A program made the translations under genes and the position numbers. The notes beneath the pieces were generated by a model. The model was given only the letters and a program-made list of their open reading frames with translations, had not been told where the DNA came from and did not search any database. Positions 1 to 12,720 of a stretch of DNA of 64,000 nt are shown piece after piece. Each line of letters starts with the position of its first letter. Position 1 is the first letter of the stretch. Source of the stretch: Malacoraja senta (lineage: Eukaryota); assembly GCA_038087875.1 (NCBI GenBank), contig JAXLNO010000129.1, forward strand, positions 1-64,000, in the 5' to 3' direction.

Positions 1-157
1 TGAGGCTGTGATCTCTAGTCCTAGATTCTCCCACGTGGAAACATCCTCTCCACATCCACTCTATCCATGCTTTATCCTCTTCTTTAGGCTACCGTTTCAC
101 AGTGGACACAAGCTTAATCCTAACTCGACAATGGAACACTGCAATCTAGCTCTTGTA

Positions 158-408
158 CTAGTTTAGTTCAGAGATACAGCACGGAAACAGGCCCTTCGGC
201 CCACTGAGTTCACGCCAACCTACCCTACGCATACTAGGGACCATTTTACACTGATACCAAGCCAATTAATCTACAAACTTGTGCATCTTTGGGGTGTGGG
301 AGGAAACCGAAGATCTCAGAGATAACTCACGCAGGTTGCGGGAGAATGTACAAACTTCGTGCAGGCTAGCACCCGTGGTCAGGATTGAACCTGGGTCTCT
401 GGCGCTGG
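158..408 (-). mobile_element. tRNA-derived V-SINE (HE1-like), 5'-truncated
   Basis: Reverse complement of the SINE body: B-box-like GGTTCAATCC, central domain, and CR1-like tail GGCCGAAGGGCCTGTTTCCGTGCTGTATCTCT followed by (AAACT)n. Confidence 0.8.
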
Positions 409-910
409 CCCCGTGTTGCCGTTTTAATATTAATCTCAGTCTCAGGATGTGGATGGGAGTGTTTTTTCCCCTTCATATTTCTGCTGCCTGCTTCCTTTTG
501 CTGGGTGTTACATTTAATAGCCGTAGCTGTTAATGCTGTTTAAATGTGTGAAGCCAGCATTGTTCGGATTTGCCACATTTCTACATTAGCATGAATGTCA
601 AGGGCGTGAAAGATCACTCCCAGCAGAGGATGCATGGATTCACACCAAGGATCAGTAATAATCGCAACTAGGGCTCCTCCTGGTAATGAGGAGCATGACT
701 GGAGAGGTGAGCCACACTGTCAGTTTCAGCCACCGCATGTTCGTGGTGTTAACTAATGCAGAAGACCATTTGGTTGTCTCCAGACGGTTAAAAAATATAT
801 AATTTTCAACAATGGTCTGGAATTGGGATTAGTGGGGATGTAATAAATGTTATTGCAAAAGATTAAGAGCGTAGATGTGGAAAAACTGCTTCCATGTGTA
901 GAATCGTAGA

Positions 911-1490
911 GGCACAGTGGCGCAGCAGGTAGAGCTGCTGTCTCACCGAGCCAGAGACCCGTGTTCGATCCTGAAGTCGGGTCCTGTCTGTGTGGAGTTT
1001 GCTCGTTGTCTCAGCGACTGCTTGAGTTTCCTCCGGGTGCTCTGGATTCCTCCTACATCTGAAAGACGTGCAGGTTTGTAGGTTAATTGGCCCCTTTTAG
1101 TTTAGTTTATTTTAGAGATTGTGGGCGGAAACAGGCCCTTCGGCCCACCGAGTCCACACCGACCGGCAATCCCTGCACATTAACACTACCCTACACACAC
1201 AGGGGATAATTTTACATTTATACCAAGCCAATTAATACAAACCTGTACGCAGGTCACGGGGAGAACGTACTAACTCTGTACAGACAAGAACCCGTAGTCA
1301 GGATCGAACCTGGGTCTCTAGTGCTGTAAGGCAGTAGCTCTACCACTACGCCACTGTGCCACTCTGTAAATTGTCCCCAGTGTGCGCCAAGAATATGCGA
1401 AAGTGGGATAACGTTGAATTAGTGTGTACAGGTATTCAATGGTTGGTGGGCCAAAGGCCCTGTTTCCATGCTGTATCTTTCAATCAACAA
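911..1490 (+). mobile_element. V-SINE (+) interrupted by a second V-SINE in the opposite orientation (about 1096-1362)
   Basis: A box TGGCGCAGCAGG and B box GTTCGATCC at 918-971. The + body stops at about 1095 and resumes at about 1363 (ctctgtaaattgtcccc). Confidence 0.8.
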
Positions 1491-1805
1491 TCAATAGAAT
1501 GGCCGTAACCATTTGTGCCCTGCAGTCCATGCTCTCTGTGGGGATAACACACTCATTTTTCCATTGCCCTGTAGATTATTTTCCTGCTAGTCCCCATTCT
1601 ATTCACATTTGAAAGTCCTGATTCGCTGTTTCCACCACCCTTACAGCCAGTGAACTACAGATCATAGTCACACTCTGCATTAACGTTTGTGCCTCATGTG
1701 CCTTGTATTTCTTTCTGAATATTTTAAACCGGAGTCTCCTTGATCCCCGCACTGTCCAATCACAGCAACAACTTCCTTCTGTTTACCTCATCCAACCCCA
1801 TCATG

Positions 1806-2120
1806 ATTAGTTTAGTTTTAGAGATACAGCATAGAAACAGGCCCTTCAGCCCACCGAGACTATCAATCACCAGCTCACTCTAGTTATATGTTATCCCACA
1901 TTCTCATCCAATCCCTACACACTAGAAGCAATTTACACAGGCCAGTTAACCTCCAAACCCGCACGTCATTGGGATGTGGAAGGAAACCTAAGCACCTGCA
2001 GGAAATCCTCACAGTCACAGGAAGAATGTGCAAACTCCACACACACATCAGCTGAGGTCAAAATTGCAACCGGGTCTCTGGCGCTGTGAGGCAGTAGCTC
2101 TACAATGGTGCCACTGTGCC
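1806..2120 (-). mobile_element. V-SINE (HE1-like)
   Basis: Same SINE body and (TTTAG)n tail in reverse orientation. Confidence 0.75.
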
Positions 2121-2567
2121 TCCCTTTCACACTTCCTGCAAAATCCTCTCTTAATCTTCTTTGCTCCGGGAGGGGGCGGGGGGGGGCTGAAGTTCCTCAA
2201 TCCTGGGACATGAGTGAGTCTTAAATACTTGACATGCTTAAGAGAGAGTCGTTTATGAGGCAAATAAAGAATTTAAGATGTAATTTTAAAGCAGAATAAC
2301 TGCTGTAATTGAAGAAGAAGTGGCTCAAATCTTGCAGGGCTGGTGTAACATTGAGGTGTAGATGGCTTCGAGAGTTGGAAAGGGGTGAATAAAGTCAGAC
2401 AAGTCAAAACGTCACAAGTCAGTTCCATCCTGCAAGACTTCTCACCTAGGAACAGAAAACATGGAACAGTACAGCACGAGAACAGGCCCTTCGGCCCACA
2501 CTGGCTGTGCTGAACATATTTCCAAACCAACTCTCATCTGCCTACACAAAATCTGGCTTATGTACAG

Positions 2568-3470
2568 CAGGGCCGGATTTACGTATAAGATGGACAAGCT
2601 TAAGCTTAGGGCCTCGAGATCTAGGGGGCCTCGCAGAGCCGGATTTACCACTAGGCTTCATAGGCTGAAGCCTAGGGCCTGGAAATCTAGGGGCCTCCAG
2701 CCAAGGCAGGACACCTGCCATTCAACTCTGGCGGGCCCCCCTCTCTATCTCTCTCTCAATCTCTCTCTCTCTCTGTCACTCTCCGTCTCTGCCCGCCATC
2801 CGTATACGTGTCCGTCTCCGCCGCTCCTCATCCGCCGGCACGGCAGGCCGCCTTGCACATGCGCACTGCTACGGCCTGCACATCCTCCCCCTGCACATGC
2901 GCACAACCACGGCCAGTACATCATCAGCCGCCCTGCACATGCGCACTGCCACGGCAACTGGTCGGCGCTGGGCACTTTCTCCCTCGCTTTGAATTGTGGT
3001 AGATCTAGCCGCCATTGCTGTCCGGTCGCTGCCTCGCCGAGACCGCTGAAAACCAAAGCAGAATCACTCCCTGACCCTGGATCTGGAGTAACTCCCTGGA
3101 GTAACTCTTGCTTCTGGTTTCCTGGTCCTCCGTAAATATTTTAAATGGGAATTTAAACTGGAGGGGTGGAGGGCTGAACAATAACAGCTATTGCACTTTA
3201 TCTGTTTATTTATTGTGTATATATATATGGTCTGTTGTATATAAACACACTGAACTTTTATCTCCTGTTCTGTATTATGTTTACATATTGTGTTGTGCTG
3301 TAGCAAGCAAGATTTCATTGTCCTATCTGGGACACATGACAATAAAACACTCTTGACTTGGACTTAAGCAACAAAGGGTTCTTGGGGAAAAAAGAGGTAC
3401 CTTAAATTTAGTTGTGTCTGGTTGGGTAACTATGGTAGGGTGAAGACTATTCCATGCTTTAATTGTGTGG
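2568..3470. mobile_element. Probable hAT-like non-autonomous DNA transposon remnant; right end not found
   Basis: Two nearby terminus-like motifs, CAGGGCCGGATTTA (2568) and CAGAGCCGGATTTA (2634). GC-rich interior with three TGCACATGCGCAC repeats. No matching inverted end seen, so the right boundary is approximate. Confidence 0.4.
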
Positions 3471-3846
3471 GGGAACTCCATGGAGCAGCCAGCATCTCTG
3501 GATAGAAGAAATTGGGTGATGTTTCGGGTAGAGACCCTTCCTTAGACTCCCTCTGGTTTTAGTGTTTTAGTTTAATTTAAAGATACAGCCTGGAAACAGG
3601 CCCTTCGGCCCACCGAGTCCACGCCGACCACCGATCACCCGTACACTAGTTCTATCCCACACATTAGCGGAGTAAGTCAAGAGTGTTTTATTCTCTCACG
3701 TCCCAGTTAGAACAATGAAATCCTTACTTGCAGCAGCACAACAGAATATGTAAACATAATACTCTGTAAACAATGTTATATACGAAAAAACAAAATGGTG
3801 TATATATATATATAATATATATATGAATATATAACTATATATATTT

Positions 3847-4882
3847 AGCAATGTTACAAAATTTTGAGATTTTAAAAATAAAGTCTGCAATTTATCCCAT
3901 CAGATAAAGCATAAAAAAGAAGTTTAATTTGACACTTAATTCACTTTCATATCTTCAGTATTAAAAAAGTTATGGCCATTATCATACTCAGAAATTAGCA
4001 TCTAGTTCCCTATTGCTTTTCCATTGACTTAACACAAAAGCTGTGATTGAGGACAGTTAAAAGCCCATAACTTTCTTAAAAATTATGATAACTGAAAGAA
4101 ATTTTCAGTTATTATAGATTGAAGCATTCTGAAACAAATATGAAACAATCTTACTTCGAAGACATGAAAGTAAAGCATATAATTAGTTAGTTACCTAATT
4201 GTAGCTAATTACAAAATTCAATTACTAGATCTAAACATCTATCAATTTCTTAAGAATAGATTAACATTTTTAAATAGCCTAAGTGTCCAAATAACATTCA
4301 CACCAATAATTCACAATATAACATAATTTTTAAATCTAATTTTCATGAATTTACAGGCCAAATGGAAGGAATTGAATGTTTAATACCTGTAAATTAATGG
4401 GCATTTAAATCATCTTGTGAGTGAGGATTTCTGGAACGCGATCTTTTGGAACGTTCATTTGCGGTGAATTTAACCCCGTATCGATATGAAAAATACTGCC
4501 GTTAATTCGGGAATAAAATCACGTGTCGCATGAAAAAATATGAATTAAAGGCTTCTTAAGAAGCACTTTTATACATTTAAAGAAACCACTTTAGTTTACC
4601 TGTCCCGTGTGTGAAATCCGTCCCCGTTATCGGTGTTGACGCTTCAGGAGCTGCTTTTAAAATTACTCTAGCCTGACATTGACGATTTAATAAAAATAAA
4701 AAATTCACAAAACACCGCTAGGAACGATTTGTCAGCGAACGCTTGTACTCCAACGAAATATTAACCAGGACAAGGAGGAGAAACCCGCGCTTTAACCCCA
4801 CCCCCCTTAAAGGCGCCAAAATCGCACACACGGCCAGTGGCAGAATTACAGCGCGACTGAAGGTAAGTTTTGTAACATACCT
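3847..4882. mobile_element. Non-autonomous TIR element, Kolobok-like termini (AG...CT), inserted in a (TA)n tract
   Basis: Left end AGCAATGTTACAAAA matches the reverse complement of the right end, AGGTATGTTACAAAA. AT-rich non-coding interior; TA microsatellite on both sides. Confidence 0.6.
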
Positions 4883-5661
4883 ATATATATATATGTGTGT
4901 GTGTGTGTCTATATAATATATATACCCCCCATCCCCCCCACACACACACACACACACACACAATTTCCCTCCTGGGATTAATAAAGTTCTATCGTGTGTG
5001 TAGGAAGGAACTGCAGATGCTGGTTTAAACTGAAGATAGACACAAAAAGCTGGAGTAACTCAACAGGTTAGACAGAATCTCTGGACAAAATTAAAATATT
5101 ATGTTTTGGATTCGGTCTGAAATAGGTTCCTGCACACCTTTGGAATGTGGAAGGAAACAAGAGCACCCGGAGAAAACCCATGATATCAAAGGGAAAAGGA
5201 TCAAACTCCATACAGACAGCACCCATATTCAGGATCAATTCCGGGTCTCTGGCACTTTTAGGCAGCAACTTTATGGCCAATGTACTGCCCCATAGTCTTG
5301 AACATAATTAAAACAGTAGCTGTAAAGGGGGACATAGCGTCACTTGGAGATTTAAAACTGAAAATAGATATTTTCATTTTTTTAGTAACCAAAGTTATCA
5401 ACGTATAATTTTTTGTGTGCTGGAAAACAAAATATAGTGGCACAGCTGGTAGACTTGCTGCCTCACATGCCAGAGATCTGTGTTCGATCCTGTCCTCGGC
5501 ACTGTCTGTGTTGAATTTGCACATTCTCCCTGCAAGCGTGTGGGTTTCCTTCCAAATCCCAAAGATGCATTGGCTTTGTAGGTTAACTTGTCTGTGTAAA
5601 ATTGCCCCTAATGTGTCGGGAGTGGGTGAGGAAAGTGGGATAAAAGAACTTGTGTGAATGG

Positions 5662-6766
5662 GTAGACAAAAATGCTGGAGAAAGTCAGCGGGTGAGGCAG
5701 CATCTATGGAGCGAAGGAAATAGGCGACGTTTCGGGTCAACACCCTTCTTCAGACTGATGTGAGGGTGGGGGAGGGGGGGGATGGGAAGAAGAAAGGAAG
5801 AGGCAGAGACAGTGGGGTGAGGGAGAGCTGGGAAGGGGAGGAGAAAGCAGGATTTACCTGAAATTGAAGAAGTCAATGTTCATACCGTTGGGGTGTAAGC
5901 TGCCCAAGCGAAATATGAGGTGCTGCTCCTCCAATTTACCGTGGGTCTCACTCTGGCCATGGAAGAGGCCCAGGACCGAAAGGTCGGATTCGGAATGGGA
6001 GGGGAGTTGAAGTGCTGAGCCACCGGGAGATCAGGTTGGTTATTGCGGAACGAGCGGAGGTGTTGGGCGAAGCGATCGCCAAGCCTACGCTTGGTCTCAC
6101 CGATGTAGAGCAGCTGACACTTAGAGCAGTGGATGCAATAGATGAGGTTGGGAGGAGGTGCAGGTGAATCTCTGCCGCACCTGGAAAGACTGCTTGGGTC
6201 CTTGAATGGAGTCAAGGGGGGAGGTAAAGGGACAAGTGTAGCATTTCCTGCGGTTGCAAGGGAAAGTGCCAGGAGAGAGGGTGGTATGGGTGGAAGGGGC
6301 GAATTGACCAGGGAGTTACGGAGGGAGCGGTCTCTGCGGAAAGCCAACAGGGGAGGAGATGGGAAGATGTGGCCAGTGGTGGGATCCCATTGGTAGACAA
6401 AAAAGCTGGAGAAAATCAGCGGGTAAGGCAGCATCTATGGAGCGAAGGAATGGACGATGTTTCGGGTCGAGACCCTTCTATAGATTGATGTCAGGGGGGA
6501 CACACAAAAAAAGAAAGGAAGAGGCAGAGACAGTAGGCTGTGGGAGAGCTGGGAATGGGAGGGGAAGGAGGGAGAAAGCAAGGACTACCTGAAATTAGAG
6601 AAGCCAATGTTCACACCGCTGGGGTGTAAACTACCCAAGCAAATATGTGGTGCTGCTCCTACAATATGCGGTGGGCCTCACTCTGGCCATGGAGGAGTCC
6701 TCATTCCTTCTCTTCAGAGATGCTGCCTGTCCCACTGAGTTACTCCAGCTTTTTGTGTCTATCTTC
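5662..6766 (-). mobile_element. Penelope-like retroelement 3' portion: GIY-YIG endonuclease remnant, tandem pseudo-LTRs and an inverted terminal copy
   Basis: ORF 5880-6434 reads NLIYCIHCSKCQLLYIGETKRRLGDRFAQHLRS. The repeat unit occurs at 5662-5850 and again at 6393-6590, followed by a + strand copy at about 6700-6766. Confidence 0.85.
5726..5755 (-). ncRNA. Minimal hammerhead ribozyme core in a Penelope pseudo-LTR
   Basis: Minus strand reads GU-CUGAAGA-A-GGGU(GUUG)ACCC-GAA-ACGU-C: intact catalytic core, 4-bp stem II, palindromic ACGU stem III and a GUC site. Stem I is weak. Confidence 0.6.
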
Positions 6767-6780
6767 AGCCTAACCAAAGT

Positions 6781-7456
6781 CAATAGACAATAGGTGCAGG
6801 ATTAGGCCATTCGGCCCTTCGAGCCAGCACCGCCATTCAATGTGATCATGGCTGCTCATCCACAAAGTACCCCGTTCCTGCCTTCTCCCATATCCCTTTA
6901 TTCTGCTATCTTTAAGAGCTCTATTTATCTCTCTCTTGAAATCATCCAGAGAATCGGCCTCCACTGCCTTCTGAGGCAGAGAATTCCACAGATTCACAAC
7001 TCTCTGGGTGAAAATGTTTTTCCTCATCTCCGTTCTAAATGGCCTACCTCTTATTCTTAAACTGTGGCCCTGGTTCTGCACTCTCCCAACATCGGGAACA
7101 TGTTTCCTGCCTCTAGCGTGTCCAATCCCTTAATAATCTTATATGTTTAAATAAGATCCTTCTCAATTCCAGTGTGTACAAGTCCAGTCGCTCCATTCTT
7201 TCAACATATGACTCCAGCCATCCCGGGAATTAACCTCGTGAACCTATGCTGTACTCCCTCAATAGCAATAATGTCCTTCCTCAAATTTGCACCAAAACTA
7301 CACACAATACCCCAGGTGTGGTCTCACTAGGGCCCTGTACAACTGTAGAAGGACCTCTTTGCTTTTATACTCAACTCCTCTTGTTATGAAGGCCAACATG
7401 CCATTAGCTTTCTTCACTGCCTGCTGTACCTGCACGCTTACTTTCAGTGACTGAAG
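6781..7456 (-). mobile_element. CR1 LINE 3' fragment
   Basis: VQQAVKKANGMLAFITRGVEYKSKEVLLQLYRALVRPHL and GHSLRIRGRPFRTEMRKN peptides; (CTATTGT)n tail. Confidence 0.9.
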
Positions 7457-8156
7457 TCCTATTCCTATGTCCAGCATCTTCAGTGTAAAGCAGTATCTGC
7501 AGTTCCTTCCTACACACAAGGTCCCATAGAGCTGCATCTTGATATCCTGACTCTTATACTCAATGCCCCGACCAATGAAGCCAAGCATACCATATGCCTT
7601 ATTTACCTTCATTTAAGACAGCATGCAACCTCCTGCAAAGATTAAAAACAGAGACTATAAAAGGTTTTTGGCAGCTTTCACAGTATCTGGTGGAGCAAAA
7701 CAAAGTTAATATTGCAGATCAAGGACCTTTCATCAAAAGCAAAAAGTGTTTTGACCATTTTTCATGAAAAGCTATTGACTTACTATGTTAACTCAATTCT
7801 CTCTCCACAGATGCTACCTGACCTGCTGAGTATCCCCAGCATTCTCTGTTTTTATTTTCCAGTTTCCAGCTTCAGCAGTTTTTGTTTGATCTCTTGGCCT
7901 TCTCAGGGGATCTGTGGTGTCAGTGAAAAATGTTTAACTTGCAGCTAGAGATTTGTAAACCAATGTATGTTTAACATGAAAGTGCAAGCAAGGGGACTAA
8001 AACAGTAGCAGTAAAGGGATCAGTTAATCTCAGGGGAAAGGCCGTCGTTTCTCCATACTCTCAACATCTTCTTCAACTTCTCATGTTAAAGTGTGTTCAC
8101 AGTACTCAGGTAGACAATGCACTTTTAAACAGTGAACAGATTCCCATGAATAGAGT

Positions 8157-8413
8157 GCACAAAATGCTGGAGTGACTCCGTGAGTCAGGCAGCATCTCTG
8201 GAGAAAAGGAATAGGTGACATTTTGGGTCGAAACCCTTCTTCAGACTGAGAGTCAAATTGAGACTCTTCTTCAGCCTCTCAGTCCAAAGAAGGGTTTCGA
8301 CCTGAAACGTCACCTATTCCTTTTCTCCAGAGATGCTGCCAAACCCGCTGAGTTATTCCAGCACGTTGTGCCATCTAGCTTCGGTGTAAACCAGCATCTG
8401 CAGTTCCTCCCTA
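8157..8413. mobile_element. Fold-back Penelope pseudo-LTR pair with two degenerate hammerhead cores
   Basis: Inverted arms of about 95 bp (8157-8253 and 8276-8370) around a short spacer. Confidence 0.75.
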
Positions 8414-8461
8414 CCCGATTACCAGGGATGTCGGCGTGAGTGTTGCTGTGATATTGAACAA

Positions 8462-8815
8462 GGCGGCCATGGTGGGGCAGCGGTACAGTGCTTGCAGCAC
8501 CGGAGACCCGCGTCGGGTCCTGATTACGGATGCTGTCTGTACGGAGTTTGTACGTTCCCCGTGATCGCGTGGGTTTTTCTCCGAGATAGAATCATAGAAA
8601 ATAGGTGCAGGAGGAGGCCCTTCGTCCCTTCGAGCCGATCTTCGGTTTCCTACCACACTCCAAAGGCGTACAGGTATGTAGGTTAATTGGCTTGTGTATG
8701 TGTTAAAAATTGTCCTAGGGTGTGTAGGATAGTGTTAATGTGTGGGGATCACTGGTCGATGCGGACTCAGTGGGCTGAAGTGCTTTCCACGCTGTACATC
8801 TAAACTAAACTAACA
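8462..8815 (+). mobile_element. V-SINE containing a ~50 bp antisense CR1 tail insert (about 8588-8636)
   Basis: SINE body is interrupted after ccgagat by agaatcatagaaaataggtgcagg..., which is the reverse complement of the CR1 3' end. Confidence 0.7.
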
Positions 8816-8821
8816 AAGACA

Positions 8822-9345
8822 TGGGATTCAGTGGGTTTGTAATGGACATCAGTCAATAGTTTATTTCTTGTGATGGAGACTGTGAGATCAAGAAGGGGAA
8901 GGAGGTGTTGGAGATGGTCCTAGTATATTTGAGTGCAGGATGAAAATTGGTGGTGAAGTTGATGATGGGTGCAGGAGGTAGCATCGATGCAGTCATCAAT
9001 GTCACGGTGATAGAGTTCGGGGATAGGGCCAGTGTACGCCTGGAACAGGGATTGTTCAACTTACCCTACAAAGAGGCGGACATAGCTGGGGCCCATGCGA
9101 GTGCCCATAGCTACGCCTTGGACTTGGAGGAAGTGGGATGAGTCAAAGGAGAAGTTGTTGAGGGTGAGGACCAGCTCCGCTAGGCGGAGTAGAGTTAGTA
9201 GAGGGAATTGGATGGTTCTGCAGTCGAGGAAGAAACGGAAGGCTTTAAGACTATCCTGGTGGGGGATGGAGCTGTAGGGTGACTGAACGTCCATAGCAAA
9301 GATGAGGAGTGGGGGCTCGGAAAGTGGAAGTCATAGTGAAAGTTG
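8822..9345 (-). mobile_element. Penelope-like reverse transcriptase fragment
   Basis: MDVQSPYSSIP...LTLNNFSFDSSHFLQVQGVAMGTRMGPSY peptide (9061-9294). Confidence 0.85.
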
Positions 9346-9471
9346 GATCTTGCTGAGACACTGGCTGTGTCCAGCTGAGCAAACTATGGAGAGGACTCTG
9401 CATGCTGATGGACCTACTAGCACCAATCACTCTTGCTTGCCGGTACCATTAGTGTCTCCGAACAACAACAA

Positions 9472-9795
9472 TGGCAGCAGTGGCGCAGTGGTAGAGTTGC
9501 TGCCTCACAGTGCCAGAAACACAGCTTCGATCCTGACCTCAGGTGCTGTCTGTGTGGAGTTTGCAAGTCCTCCCCGTGACCGCGTGTGTTTCCTTCAGTC
9601 CGCTCCAGTTTTCCTCCCTCATCCCAAAGACGTGTAGTTTTATTTGAGATAATTAGCCTCTGTAAAATTGCCCTAATGTGTATGGAATGGATGCAATTAC
9701 GGAACAACATGGAACTAGTGTGAGCAGGTCATCGATGGTCAGCATGGACTCGGTAGGCTGAAGGGTCTGTTTGCGCACTGTAGCTTTCAATCAAA
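9472..9795 (+). mobile_element. V-SINE
   Basis: A box TGGCGCAGTGG, B box CTTCGATCC, conserved body and tail. Confidence 0.75.
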
Positions 9796-10854
9796 AAAAC
9801 ACGGTTGTTTTGAAGTTGCAATATTTCATCTGAGCATGACATACATAAGTTTTATGGTGATGAAACTGTAGAATTATTGAATTCTTCTGAGGACCTGTCC
9901 CTGTGTTTTAACAAAACCCCCACGCATTTCTGAGCCTTGTGGGGATACTATATAAGACCATGAGACAATAAGACAGGAGTGGAATTTGGCCATTGGCCCA
10001 TCAAGTCTGCTCTGCCATTCAATCATGGGTGATCTATTTTGCCCTCTCAACCCCATTCTCCTGCCTTCTCCCCATAACCCATGCAGCCCTTACTAATCAA
10101 GCATCTATAATTAAGAACCTATCAATCTCAAGTTCAAAAATACTCAATGACGGCCTTACAGTCATCCGCGGCAATGAATACCACCCCTCTGGCTAAATAA
10201 ATTCCTCCTCATCTCCATTCTAATGGTACATCCTTTTATTCTGAGGCTGTGCCCTCTGGTCCTAGACTCTCCCATTAGTCAAAACATCCTCTCCGCATCC
10301 ACTCTATGTAAGAATAAATAATGGGCAAATAAAGACTTTTTAAAGCCATTTGGATAAACGTTATCATACCTCCCTCAATAATGAAATAACCAAAATGGCT
10401 GTATACATAGGGTATATAGACAACTCCTCCCCCATCTGTCGAGGGGTAGACTGAGACTGAGATTTTTCCCCCATGTATGTTCACCCCGTGATCTTGTGGG
10501 TTTTCTCCCACACTCCAAAGACGTACAGGTTTGATGGTTAATTTGACTTTGGTAAGAATTGTAAATTATCCCTAGTGTGTGGGATAGCATTAGCGTAAGG
10601 GATGATTGCTGGTCGGCGCAGACTTCGGTGGGCCGAAGGGCCTGTTCCTGTGCCGTATCTCGAAACTAAAGAAAAACATGAAGGGTAGGCAGGCTAGGTA
10701 AATGTGTAAAAGGAGTGATTTGATGCTGCAATTGACTGGAGATGGCAGAGTAATTAATCAGCTATATTCAGCTTCCTGTCCTGGTTGGGTCAGCAAAATA
10801 TTTCTTCCACTTAAACGTCAAACCTGGCAGTACATTACTCATCCTTGTCTCCAG

Positions 10855-10953
10855 ACTCTGCCTCGATGTCAGCAGCAGGTGGTTTTTTTCCTACTATTGC
10901 GCTAAATCTCTCTCACGGAGACTCCTCACTGTCCCAGTAACACGTCAGCTGGG
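10855..10953 (+). CDS. Candidate host exon (LCLDVSSRWFFSYYCAKSLSRRLLTVPVTRQLG), unidentified
   Basis: Unique sequence; acceptor ctcatccttgtctccag; open frame; weak donor gtattg; phase 2 fits the 12594 candidate. Confidence 0.25.
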
Positions 10954-11921
10954 GTATTGCCTACTTAAAGTGTCTGTTTTCCATTCTAAGGCAATGCTTC
11001 TCGATCCATAACTCCAGCAAATTACATGATTGAGATAACTCTTCAAATCGTGCATCATGCGATAATATCCAATATCATGTCAGTGATTGCTGATTGGGCA
11101 GGCTATATGTGAGCGAATGAGCTGACTATGAAAAAAGCTATAAACAGATGTGCTAAACATATACCACAAGCATACACTCACGCTATATCCAGCAGTTCAT
11201 AATGACACTCATGTAAGCTCTCACTCATCGGGTTACCAACAGGAACACAGGAAGAGGAGCCTGCTTAGCTGCTTCATTGTGGTATGACATCCAACTCCAT
11301 ACTCCACTTTTCCTGTGACCTCCCAAATTGTAACTCCTTATGAGAGGACCTGACGGTGATAGTAGAGAAGTCGGCGCGACGGTCGATGAGGGCGCTGTGA
11401 GATGGGGGGAGAACAATGGGGAACCCGGCGTGGGGGGACTGCCGAGAAGAGTGGAGTGGGGAGAACAATTGACAATGGGGGACTCGGCATGGGGGGACCA
11501 TCATAAGGAGTGGGAGGGGGGAAGTACAAAGGTGGACCTGGCGCAGGATACTTTGTAACTGTCAGCGCCCTTTATGTGGCGACTATTTACATACCTTGGT
11601 TATGCAAGCAAAGAATTTCACTGTGACTTGTCACATGTGTCAATAAAGGATTCATTCGTTCATTCATTCATTAATTCATTCACCTCATACATTCTCGTAT
11701 CAGAATCCATCTGACATAGCAATTGAATGTAATCAATTAAAATGTTTTTGTGCTCAATGCTTCTTACATTATTTATTTTGCCGTCATTCTGTATTATCTG
11801 CAAAATTTGATCTACATTACATAAATTTAATAATGGGATAGAAAGAAGGTTGTCTATTTTAGTTTAGTTCCATTCCCTTCTGCAAACTGTACAAGCGGCA
11901 GACTCCGCAGCAGTTGGTACA

Positions 11922-12252
11922 GCGGCACGGTGGCATAGCGGTAGAGCTGCTGCCTTACAGCGCCAGAGACACTGGTTCGATCCTGACTACGGGTGCTCGT
12001 CTGTACGGAATTGGTCTGTTTCCGAATTTGTACATTCTCCCTGTTTCCTGCATGGGTTTTCTCCGAGATCTCCGGTTTCCTCCTACACTCCAAAGACGTA
12101 CAGGTTTGGAGGTTAATTGGCTTGGTGTATGTGTAAATCGTCCCTATTGTGTGTAGGGTAGTGTTAAATTGTGGGGATTGCTGGTCAGTGCGGACTCGGT
12201 GGGCTGAAGGGCCTGTTTCTGTGCTGTATTCCTAAACTAAACTAAACTAAAC
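11922..12252 (+). mobile_element. V-SINE, full length
   Basis: A box TGGCATAGCGG, B box GGTTCGATCC, (CTAAA)n tail. Confidence 0.8.
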
Positions 12253-12593
12253 AGTCTGCATGGGTGAAAATTATCATCTGACGCATAATTTATCCTAATA
12301 ATAAATTTGGATGATACTTCAAAGTATGACGGAGACAGTTTGTTCTTGGTTTGCATCAAGCTGATCAAAGACCATCTGACTAAAAAAGGAAAGTGAAATA
12401 CTGAAGATCCTTCCCACAAACCTAATCTGCTGACCCAGTTTTAAAAAACCCCATAATATAAGCATTTAATGTGGAATGATTTAATTTATATTCCCAGTGC
12501 AGAATTAGAGGATCTGAAATTAAAAGGCTCAGAAAGACTTGACATTGGGAAGAATACTCATCCAGTTTGATTTTCGTATGTATTTAACGACAG

Positions 12594-12720
12594 ATCTAAG
12601 ACTCCCTCAGATCTAGACCCTCCACCAATGTGGCTCGATGGTCTTGTGGTATTGGGGTTAAGTCCTTTGGAGGAAAAGAGATGCAGATATATTCTAGAAC
12701 TGGAGAATTTGGAGACGAAG
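12594..12720 (+). CDS. Candidate host exon (SKTPSDLDPPPMWLDGLVVLGLSPLEEKRCRYILELENLETK), unidentified
   Basis: Only one open frame after the acag acceptor; weak donor gttaaa; phase 0 fits the 14566 candidate. A competing minus-strand reading also exists. Confidence 0.25.

Noticed and set aside
2461..3135. 224-aa ORF
   Set aside because: Runs across a CR1 tail, a transposon end and a CT microsatellite; no coherent domain.
11922..12000. tRNA-like A/B box sequences here and in many other places
   Set aside because: They are SINE heads that continue into the SINE core; no complete cloverleaf.
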